Notes under the pieces: model-generated
The model's input: only the letters and a program-made list of their open reading frames with translations
Databases searched by the model: none
What the model was told of the DNA's origin: nothing
Virus record (IMG/VR): IMGVR_UViG_3300009181_000033
Coordinates: 186,001-250,000 of that record
DNA length: 64,000 nt
Direction: 5' to 3' (one strand)
Position numbers and translations under genes: made by a program
Shown: positions 57,082-64,000 of the stretch, piece after piece
How the letters are laid out: each line of letters starts with the position of its first letter
Numbering within the stretch: the stretch's first letter is position 1

Positions 57082-58263
57082 TTATCCTATTACGATCCCC
57101 TTGCCCAAAGGCATTGGGATGTACCTTAATTGTTTATTGAGATTTTCGGCGGCGGCCGCATCGGCCTCGAGCAACTTTTGGTGAGTAAGATTTGCCAAAA
57201 ATTCCTTCATTTGAGTTTGAAGCTTGTCCTTTTCTTCTTTTCCTTGAGACAAGAGAGATTCACCGTTTAGCTGCAAATCCGCATTTGGAATCGGGATGGA
57301 TTGAAATTTAGATCGAATTAAACCCAAAAGCTCTTTGCAAAGCGCCAAAGTATACTGCCTTATCCACTGCTTTCCAGGTTGATTAATTGTATTGAAAGGT
57401 ATGTTGTTGAGCGGAAAATTCTGTGGGCCCGAAATTCCAAATATGGAATCGTCAGTTGTGAACGCTGACGGATTATAGGGATTGCCTGGTGGCATAACCT
57501 TGCAATAAAGTCGACCAACCTGCAGGTCCGTCACAGGTATGGGATATATCCTTATATTGCCACCCAGAACCTCATATGAATAATGAGATCTTCTGACCCT
57601 AAAGGCAGATTCTAACATTCCTCTTCTTAAAATGTCTTCAAAGATTGGAAGAACGTAAAAGATAGTTGAATTGACGTAAGACTCATAATTGAAATTTGTT
57701 GCCAAGAAATTAGTGACGTTTGAAGCATTCAACAAAAAATGTTGGGCTGCCAAAGGCTCAACATGAAACAATTCTACTATCTTTAATTTTCCTTTGGAAC
57801 CAGAAGGCAGTGTGTCATATACCACATTTCCTGAGGTCACATCCTTTAGTTCTGTATAGAGATTATAGTCTTGTCTTCCACTTTGAATATCAAAGTAACC
57901 CAAAGTTGCGTTACTCGAGCCACCAACAAAAGCTTCAGTCGCATATGGCTCGGCTTTCCTTAAAAGATATTCAAGAGAGCCTCTGGCATATTTGTTGGTG
58001 AAATCGACTGAGCCGGTCGCTAATCCCAAAACGTTAGTCAACTCTGAAGTTATCTTTGTCTCTAGAACAAGGCGGCTATATTCACAACATGCTTCTTCAA
58101 AGCAAGCCCATATTTCCTTCTTTGTCAATTCGACTGACAGGACGTCATCGCCTAATTTTCTTTTAACAAAGACAACCATTCTGTCTGCTTCACCTTGAAA
58201 GGCGGCGTCTGAATCAAAAAACCCAAATGGCGTCGGAGAAATTGTAGAATTAAAATTAGACAT
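57082..58263 (-). CDS. Neck / adaptor protein (gp13-like)
   Basis: KLG..VEL, WIRQYTLALCKELLGLIRSKF, LNGESL. Confidence 0.75.
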   Translation of the reverse strand: MSNFNSTISPTPFGFFDSDAAFQGEADRMVVFVKRKLGDDVLSVELTKKEIWACFEEACCEYSRLVLETKITSELTNVLGLATGSVDFTNKYARGSLEYLLRKAEPYATEAFVGGSSNATLGYFDIQSGRQDYNLYTELKDVTSGNVVYDTLPSGSKGKLKIVELFHVEPLAAQHFLLNASNVTNFLATNFNYESYVNSTIFYVLPIFEDILRRGMLESAFRVRRSHYSYEVLGGNIRIYPIPVTDLQVGRLYCKVMPPGNPYNPSAFTTDDSIFGISGPQNFPLNNIPFNTINQPGKQWIRQYTLALCKELLGLIRSKFQSIPIPNADLQLNGESLLSQGKEEKDKLQTQMKEFLANLTHQKLLEADAAAAENLNKQLRYIPMPLGKGIVIG

Positions 58264-58311
58264 TCTTCACACCTGTCATGTTGATAAGTATGAGAAAGAT
58301 TTTAAATTCTA

Positions 58312-58506
58312 TTAAATATCATCAATGATTTCTTTGACAAAGAGACGAAGCAAATTTTCCTTCACGATGTCATCGTCATCGTCGTTTTCTTTGCCGCTTT
58401 TTACTAAAGTAAGACGAGCAGTTGGCGGCAAATAAGCCATTCCACCACCTCGCGAATCACCAAGTTTTCTTTTGATTATATCTCTTCGACTCTTCTTTTT
58501 TGGCAT
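58312..58506 (-). CDS. Small hypothetical protein
   Basis: 64 aa; ATATTTA upstream; C-terminal LLRLFVKEII. Confidence 0.55.
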   Translation of the reverse strand: MPKKKSRRDIIKRKLGDSRGGGMAYLPPTARLTLVKSGKENDDDDDIVKENLLRLFVKEIIDDI

Positions 58507-58520
58507 GGCGCCAATAAATA

Positions 58521-58742
58521 TTACATTCCTGCGATTAATGCCTGAACAGCAGTTGAGACTCGTTCCTGCAACTCCCTCGGCAAAGCAGAAAGAAGAACAT
58601 AATTCTCTGCCTTTGTTGTGTCTTGAGGCATTCCACCAGCCATATAATCAGAATTTGTTTTTACAATGGCCCTAATTACCAAAGGCGGTAATCCCACCCT
58701 AGTTGAATAAATCGGTTGATATAAATCTACTTTATTTTCCAT
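58521..58742 (-). CDS. Hypothetical protein
   Basis: 73-aa ORF with GAGGA RBS. Confidence 0.55.
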   Translation of the reverse strand: MENKVDLYQPIYSTRVGLPPLVIRAIVKTNSDYMAGGMPQDTTKAENYVLLSALPRELQERVSTAVQALIAGM

Positions 58743-58743
58743 T

Positions 58744-58923
58744 TCATCCTCTGAGGAGATTCTTGTTCTCCATTAATGCCCCATTGATATTATTTAATTG
58801 CCTCTTTAGCTGAACCAATTCTTGTAAAATCAATTGGGTTGGCTCACCTCTATTCTCCAATAGTATCAGATTCTCTTCCAATAACTTTATTTTCTCACAC
58901 AGAATTTCTCTTGTAGCTGACAC
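58744..58923 (-). CDS. 59-aa coiled-coil-like protein (below ORF-track cutoff)
   Basis: GTG start after AAGGCGGTGA; MSATREILCEKIKLLEENL..NLLRG; abuts next gene. Confidence 0.55.
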   Translation of the reverse strand: MSATREILCEKIKLLEENLILLENRGEPTQLILQELVQLKRQLNNINGALMENKNLLRG

Positions 58924-58956
58924 TTTATCACCGCCTTTAATCGAGAATGTTTAAAT

Positions 58957-59029
58957 TGGTTGTATAGACAGGAATTGAACCTGCGATCTTCTGGTGTGAA
59001 GCAGACGTAATACCACTTCCCACCCTGCG
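58957..59029 (-). pseudogene. Degenerate initiator-tRNA-like gene
   Basis: Intact T-arm GCAGG-TTCAATT-CCTGT and ACCA end, C1:A72 mismatch; acceptor stem and anticodon arm damaged. Confidence 0.6.
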
Positions 59030-59074
59030 TCGATAATTTATATCTTATGAAGATATGTGTTTTTGTATATTTTT

Positions 59075-59147
59075 TAGTGCAGCGGATGAGAATCGATCCC
59101 ACAAGCAAACCGCACAAGATCGAAAGTTTCCATTAGTTTGTGGCCAC
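59075..59147 (-). pseudogene. Highly degenerate tRNA remnant
   Basis: T-arm-like GTGGG-ATCGATT-CTCAT then CCGCTGCACTA; no D or anticodon arm. Confidence 0.35.
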
Positions 59148-59148
59148 A

Positions 59149-59222
59149 TGGTTGGGGTGTAGTGAATCGAACACTAATTCACGGATTCAAAGTCCGTCGT
59201 CTTGCCATTAGACGACACCCCA
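59149..59222 (-). tRNA. tRNA-Gln(UUG)
   Basis: TGGGGTG/CACCCCA acceptor, ACGGA-CTTTGAA-TCCGT, TAGTG-TTCGATT-CACTA, encoded CCA. Confidence 0.95.
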
Positions 59223-59294
59223 GTCTACTTGCCCAATCTTTACGATTGGACCAGAACCAGAAACACATCTATCAAATTTTATTTTTAATAAGGG

Positions 59295-59555
59295 TTACCT
59301 TTGAGGACTTGATTGAAGATTTTGACTCAAGTTCAACCAGTTATTTTGTTCTTTTTGAACCAAATCATTTATCTTTTTTGACTCCTGTTGTGCCCAGGAT
59401 CTATATACTTCCTGCTCCAATTCTTCCTGTTCTTTTTTTAGAGCTGAAAGGATGGGTTTCCTAAATTTATCCAATAAATGCTGTTTGGTATTTGCGTCTC
59501 TAATTAATGTTTCATAAATCTCAAGCATTTCAGATGCCGTGAAGGCCACATTCAT
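59295..59555 (-). CDS. Hypothetical protein
   Basis: 86-aa ORF coupled to upstream stop (ATGA). Confidence 0.55.
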   Translation of the reverse strand: MNVAFTASEMLEIYETLIRDANTKQHLLDKFRKPILSALKKEQEELEQEVYRSWAQQESKKINDLVQKEQNNWLNLSQNLQSSPQR

Positions 59556-60166
59556 TGAGTGTCACCAATTCCATAGGCATAGTCAAGTTTAAATATATTT
59601 GCCCAAGCCTTACATAGTCTCTTATAAGTAAAGACTTCCCAATCTTCACCATCATGAAATTCTATAGTCTTATCAGTTACCTTGATGGTGGTGATCTCTG
59701 GAAGAAGAATTGAGCCTTCATTGATCAAAACATCGACTGCGTTCCTAAAATCTACATCCTCAAACTGAACTGTGACCTTCTCACCAATGGAATTTTTAAC
59801 ATCCTGGGCTGGTAAATCCTGCAAGTCAGAAGCCGGCACTAAAAAGTGATGCTCGATTTTTTCATTATCGGGCTCTTCGACTGCTTCCCTTCCCGTCTCC
59901 TCATCTTCATCTTCATCTTCATCTTCATCTTGATCTTCATCTTCATCTTGATCTTCATCTTCATCTTCATCTTCATCTTGATCTTGATCTTGATCTTGAT
60001 CTTGAGTCTGGCTTGGTCGACAAGCGCTCTCTTCACCGGTTAAAAAAATCTCTATGTTTGACATCATGTTTGATATCTGTTCCTTTGTGGCAGGATCCCA
60101 ATCGCTACCTGAAATCTGAAAGAGAAGAGAGTATAGAAATAGTGACTCGGTTTTGGAAAGATTCAT
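59552..60166 (-). CDS. Acidic protein with (Q/E)D tract
   Basis: AGGAG RBS before ATG 60166; QDQDQDQDQDEDEDEDED. Confidence 0.65.
   Translation of the reverse strand: MNLSKTESLFLYSLLFQISGSDWDPATKEQISNMMSNIEIFLTGEESACRPSQTQDQDQDQDQDEDEDEDEDQDEDEDQDEDEDEDEDEETGREAVEEPDNEKIEHHFLVPASDLQDLPAQDVKNSIGEKVTVQFEDVDFRNAVDVLINEGSILLPEITTIKVTDKTIEFHDGEDWEVFTYKRLCKAWANIFKLDYAYGIGDTQ
59901..60005. repeat. Hexanucleotide repeat TCATCT/TGATCT, about 17 units
   Basis: Directly visible; in frame with the QD/ED tract. Confidence 0.95.
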
Positions 60167-60184
60167 TAGATGTTCTCCTATAAA

Positions 60185-60212
60185 AAGGACGGGAACTTTC
60201 GTTCCCGTCCTT
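60185..60212 (-). terminator. Intrinsic terminator
   Basis: 12-bp stem AAGGACGGGAAC/GTTCCCGTCCTT, GAAA loop, T-run on minus strand. Confidence 0.8.
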
Positions 60213-60241
60213 GCCACATGTCAAAGCAAAATTAATATATT

Positions 60242-60514
60242 TCAGTGTGACTTCTGTGTAAACTGATAATGCTTCTGTAGTGCCCTATAGATTGTCCTAG
60301 CAGTCCTTCCATCAAATCGATAAGTAATGCCTTCTGGGGTATCAACATACATTGTTGTCGAATCAACCTTTGGATTCGTGCTGACAGCAATGTTAACGCT
60401 ATTATCACTTCGCCTAAAAGTCTCGGTCCTGAAATTGCCTCTTCGATCCTCACGAGTACGAATGGAAGCACTACGATTTTGGCTGACAACGTCGTTGTTC
60501 TTGGTCTTGGACAT
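60242..60514 (-). CDS. Basic hypothetical protein
   Basis: AGGAG RBS before MSKTKNN; own promoter-like element and terminator. Confidence 0.6.
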   Translation of the reverse strand: MSKTKNNDVVSQNRSASIRTREDRRGNFRTETFRRSDNSVNIAVSTNPKVDSTTMYVDTPEGITYRFDGRTARTIYRALQKHYQFTQKSH

Positions 60515-60583
60515 TTCTATTTCTCCTGGACTTAATCGTCCTTGATGGTTGAACTTTAGTGCACGCACTGTCATATGTTCAAA

Positions 60584-60623
60584 AAAATAAATCGAGCGGC
60601 ATTTCTACCGCTCGATTTATTTT
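60584..60623. terminator. Intrinsic terminator
   Basis: 16-bp IR AAAATAAATCGAGCGG/CCGCTCGATTTATTTT. Confidence 0.8.
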
Positions 60624-60635
60624 CACATCTTCAAA

Positions 60636-61619
60636 TCACTTGATAATTCCAGCCAGCTTCTGCCAACGCTCAACAACAACAGAGCCATCTCTCTGATAGC
60701 CCGAAGTCTGTTGTTTCTTTTTATCTCCCTTTTCACCAGTCAAAGCATTGACTTCGGGTGAATATGGGGGATTGATGTCCATTTTTCCTGATTCAATGTC
60801 TTTCTTCACTGCAGCCAACTCACTTGGCTCGATTGCCGGCATGTCAACCTTGGGCGGCATCCATCCTTCAACAGCCCTAGTGTCTGCTGTGGAGGCCCAA
60901 TTTTCTTTGACATGTTCAGCTGCGGCCTCGAGCGTATCAAACCCATTAGCCTGGAATGCTTTAAGGATTTCTTCAGGCACAGGAAGGAACTTTCCTCCCT
61001 TGGAGGCCATCTCCACAAACTTATCTGCGACAGCTTCTGGTGTGAGTGAATCAAGATCAGTGTCAGAAGGCTTGCCTTTTCCACCGTGAGCAGCTGTCCA
61101 AACATTAAGAACACCAACCAATTGCTTGCCAGGAAGATCAATCTGCAAACCACCGACTGAAGCGCTGGGGTCAACCATCAGGGTGGCTGCCCAGCGATGA
61201 TGGCCGTCCATGATGTGATTGTCATTAGAAATAATGGCCCCCAAATCACCACCAGCTCCGCCGCTGAAGCTTCCCATCTTACCCATCATTTGAATGGCCA
61301 TTCCAACAAATTTGCCAAAGTCCATGGTTGTTTGGGTTGCTCTCAAGCTGTCAGCAGGTGAATTTGTCTGGCCGCCGGAAGCAACATCGTCCTCGGCATC
61401 TTCGTCTTCTAGTCCTTTTGAAGCCAAGGCCTTTGCGATAGAAGGATCAACTTGACTCAGGTTCGTAGGGAAAAGACTAGGGTCAATTTTAGCAGGTGAA
61501 GCATCCTCAAACAACGACAAAAGAGAGCGAGAATGCCCCTTGGGGGAACGTATTTCCTTCAAAGCTTTTCTTGCTTCAGATGCTATCAAATTTCTCAGTT
61601 GTAATTCTGTCAATCTCAT
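60636..61619 (-). CDS. ParB/Srx-like domain protein with shared N- and C-terminal motifs
   Basis: IISNDNHIMDGHHRWAA; MRLTELQLRNLIASE; VERWQKLAGIIK. Confidence 0.7.
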   Translation of the reverse strand: MRLTELQLRNLIASEARKALKEIRSPKGHSRSLLSLFEDASPAKIDPSLFPTNLSQVDPSIAKALASKGLEDEDAEDDVASGGQTNSPADSLRATQTTMDFGKFVGMAIQMMGKMGSFSGGAGGDLGAIISNDNHIMDGHHRWAATLMVDPSASVGGLQIDLPGKQLVGVLNVWTAAHGGKGKPSDTDLDSLTPEAVADKFVEMASKGGKFLPVPEEILKAFQANGFDTLEAAAEHVKENWASTADTRAVEGWMPPKVDMPAIEPSELAAVKKDIESGKMDINPPYSPEVNALTGEKGDKKKQQTSGYQRDGSVVVERWQKLAGIIK

Positions 61620-61960
61620 TTCTTCTTTTCCTCTCCGTCCTCAGACGAAACCTTCTTCAAAACGTTCATGGCCTTAACAGTGTCCTCCGGAGAAGCCTGC
61701 ATCAGCTTGGCAAAAATATCACCAAACACGGAATTGTCGAGGCTGTTTCTCTTTCCAGCCCGTAGATTGGAAACAGCGGTCTTCAACTTGCCAACATCTG
61801 CTCCCAAAGCGTCTGCCATTTTTTTAATATCAACATTGCCTTCAACATCAGCGGTCTCGCCACCCACCTTTGTTGGGCCGGCCTCAAAAATATTGTGGAG
61901 AGTCATCTTTTGCTTTTCTGATTCAACTAATTTTCTCAAAAGTCTGGCCGTTAATTTCAT
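61616..61960 (-). CDS. Hypothetical protein with shared N-terminal motif
   Basis: MKLTARLLRKLVESE; ATATTTA 5 nt upstream. Confidence 0.6.
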   Translation of the reverse strand: MKLTARLLRKLVESEKQKMTLHNIFEAGPTKVGGETADVEGNVDIKKMADALGADVGKLKTAVSNLRAGKRNSLDNSVFGDIFAKLMQASPEDTVKAMNVLKKVSSEDGEEKKK

Positions 61961-61981
61961 AAAAATAAATATTCAACAAAA

Positions 61982-62329
61982 TTAATTTTTTGGCCCGTGT
62001 GACCCTTTTTTTCGCAGCACCAACGGATTTTCTTTAACCAACCAAAACTCCTTGTCAATGGGCGGATCTTCCCCTTCACGAAACCACATCAACTTTCTAC
62101 CGCCAGTAGATGCATAAACACCTATTATCGTTATGTGCCCCGCGTGGATCAGGTCGTGACAAGAGTGACAGACAATCGCAAGGTTTTCGTTATTGTTGGT
62201 ACAGCGCGGATCACACCTGGGAATTATATGGTGGACATTGAGCGCATCAGGATTTGAAAAGTCACAGATCTCGCAACTATCCTTCAACAGACCTTCCTGT
62301 CCACTCCTCCTACGACTCTTTCGCTTCAT
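61982..62329 (-). CDS. Small HNH endonuclease
   Basis: CEIC..NVHHIIP..NNENLAIVCHSCHDLIH. Confidence 0.85.
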   Translation of the reverse strand: MKRKSRRRSGQEGLLKDSCEICDFSNPDALNVHHIIPRCDPRCTNNNENLAIVCHSCHDLIHAGHITIIGVYASTGGRKLMWFREGEDPPIDKEFWLVKENPLVLRKKGSHGPKN

Positions 62330-62336
62330 GGGAAAA

Positions 62337-62801
62337 TCACCTGCCAGACATTGCAGCCTTAAAAACAAGACTGCCGATCGCATGGTGCCTGCCGTCCACC
62401 TGATAAAAGAGGTTCACGCCCTTCTCCAATGCCCACAGGATTAACCAATTTAATGTCTTAACATCAAGCTTGCTCCTTGCCTCGGCAACCTCGTAATGTG
62501 TCAAATCGGCGCGGGATGGAAGGACTATCTTGGATATAATGACACCCGACAAATCAGGCCTCATCCACTCCGGGAACACATCCGCCTCGACCCTCCAGGA
62601 ACAGTTGTACGACTTGCATGTGTTGGGTCGACCCTCGTAGTCGGTGCACTTTCCACCAGCAAGAAAGAAACAAGGTCGACCAGGATACATCTGGTGCCCC
62701 TTTATATCGGCAGACAACCAGCCCTCACAACAACCCGTGCAAGGACCACAAGCACGAGAAGAATCTTGCAAAACAGGCAATGACGTCACTTTATCTGTCA
62801 T
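62337..62801 (-). CDS. CxxCxxCC (YkgJ-like) metal-cluster protein
   Basis: CGPCTGCC..PCFFL..CTDYEGRPNTCKSYNCSW. Confidence 0.75.
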   Translation of the reverse strand: MTDKVTSLPVLQDSSRACGPCTGCCEGWLSADIKGHQMYPGRPCFFLAGGKCTDYEGRPNTCKSYNCSWRVEADVFPEWMRPDLSGVIISKIVLPSRADLTHYEVAEARSKLDVKTLNWLILWALEKGVNLFYQVDGRHHAIGSLVFKAAMSGR

Positions 62802-62886
62802 GCCACAATCATATGCGGTATTTCGAACTTGTCGATGGCCTCTCGAATATATTCTTCAAGTAACACTATTGACATGACATTAAATA

Positions 62887-63999
62887 CTACATGCATGTGC
62901 TAATTCTGAATATATGTGATCCACAACCATATATCCTTGAAACTTTCGCTGCAAGGGCAACTTGTCTCTCTGTTAAACCTAGTTGTGCACGATATCTAAA
63001 TCGATCGTAACGTAACTCATTATCTGTGTACCAATAATCAGGTGCTGTGCAACCGACTCTTTCAAAACCAGCAGAAACGTATCCATTGCCAGTTCCAACT
63101 CTTCGATCAACATACGTCATGATCTGCGAATATCCATTCTTGGAAGACCAATCACGAGCCACCTTTAGCAACTTTGATAATCCGCCAGGAACAGACATTC
63201 CCTTCTGTGTACTAAATCTAGCAATCTCAATGGAATTTTCATATTTTCCGCCATGACGAGGCACGCGTAAAGACAAAGCTGCAACGATATTGCCATTTCT
63301 GTCACGCAGACCCCAGCAAACTTTGCTGGGTGTGTAACCAGCAAGATGTGTCGCATTAAAGAACGCTTTCTGTTCTTTCGTAGATAGCTCAATAACTGTG
63401 GTTGACCAAGTCTTACATTTTGAAGGGTGAAATCCTAGCCTATGTTGAATCATTGATTTTATGATGTCTTGCTTGTCACGCCACTCATCTTCAAATATTT
63501 GCAACAAGCTTATACCGACTGATTCAGCCATTTCAGCTTTCACAGAATGGGACTTCTTATCAAATTCTTCAGTGGGCTTGCCTGCTTCACTGTGCCAAAA
63601 CAAACCATGACACTCAATTCCAAATTTTTTAGATGGAACATAAATGTCAATCTCTTTCGGTGATAATGTTTTTCTGTCACCGCTTATTGCGTCCGCAGAT
63701 AAAGAACGAACATACTCAAATACAGATAACTCCCAATTTGATTTGCCGACTGGACAACATCGATAACAACGGCTACCTCTTTCAAACGCCTGCAATGTTT
63801 TTTGTTGTCTCTCTCCGCATTTAAGACACTCGAATGTGAGATATTGCTGCTGCCTTGAATGATATTCATTCAAAGAAGTAATCAGCTTAAACTCAAGTGA
63901 TCTCTCACTAATTCTTTCATTTAATGCCGATGAAAACAGTGTTTTATTTTCCGATATTCTTTTTATAGTCTCTTGTGCGTGACGTTTGCCATAAAAATG
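62887..63999 (-). CDS. Hef-like homing endonuclease paralog 3 (5' end outside window)
   Basis: Frame open to window edge (HFYGKRHAQETIKRIS, NUMOD3-like); GIECHGLFWHS, IFEDEW, TYVDRR, YWYTD, IYGCG. Confidence 0.75.
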   Translation of the reverse strand, partial: HFYGKRHAQETIKRISENKTLFSSALNERISERSLEFKLITSLNEYHSRQQQYLTFECLKCGERQQKTLQAFERGSRCYRCCPVGKSNWELSVFEYVRSLSADAISGDRKTLSPKEIDIYVPSKKFGIECHGLFWHSEAGKPTEEFDKKSHSVKAEMAESVGISLLQIFEDEWRDKQDIIKSMIQHRLGFHPSKCKTWSTTVIELSTKEQKAFFNATHLAGYTPSKVCWGLRDRNGNIVAALSLRVPRHGGKYENSIEIARFSTQKGMSVPGGLSKLLKVARDWSSKNGYSQIMTYVDRRVGTGNGYVSAGFERVGCTAPDYWYTDNELRYDRFRYRAQLGLTERQVALAAKVSRIYGCGSHIFRISTCM

Positions 64000-64000
64000 G

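Noticed and set aside
29714-58263. Bacterial contractile injection system or tailocin
   Set aside because: Neck genes, full replication set, tRNA and HEGs indicate a true phage.
58887-59464. ORFs across the tRNA cluster
   Set aside because: Overlap tRNA genes and lack protein-like features.
59839-60043. KIKMKM and IFIFIL ORFs
   Set aside because: Alternative-frame readings of the hexamer repeat.
1-64000. CRISPR array, rRNA, IS transposase, integrase, reverse transcriptase
   Set aside because: No repeat-spacer array or diagnostic motifs seen by eye.

Overview
A 64-kb internal segment of a large (jumbo-type) tailed dsDNA phage with a T4-like contractile tail. Genes are densely packed and almost all on the minus strand. 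Left to right: (i) 5' part of a DnaE-type polymerase with a mini-intein; (ii) metabolism and accessory genes (MazG-like NTPase, UDP-sugar decarboxylase, adenine methylase, Dps, Hsp20, Tmk, glutamine synthetase II, ThyX); (iii) a class II-like ribonucleotide reductase in three genes joined by two split inteins; (iv) helicase, 5'-3' exonuclease, actin-like ATPase, dUTPase, split-intein RecA, gp32-like SSB and a short family-A polymerase; (v) baseplate, tape measure, chaperones, tube, two sheaths and neck genes; (vi) a small, partly decayed tRNA cluster and probable head-internal proteins. Many free-standing homing-endonuclease-like genes (HEGs) are present. Highlights: (1) a 5-nt stop-containing insertion (TAACG) breaks the dnaE frame inside the conserved PHP motif, just downstream of an HEG, resembling a miniature T4 mobA/gene 60 bypass cassette; (2) the two RNR split inteins have opposite charge polarity, which would enforce ordered three-piece trans-splicing; (3) RecA has an atypically split intein with a 15-aa N-fragment; (4) four nuclease genes have their start codon buried in a hairpin whose loop holds a promoter motif; (5) a recurrent ATANTTA motif, many apparently leaderless genes, and a shared N-terminal peptide motif suggesting capsid targeting. 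All calls are by motif recognition and hand counting; no database searches were run.
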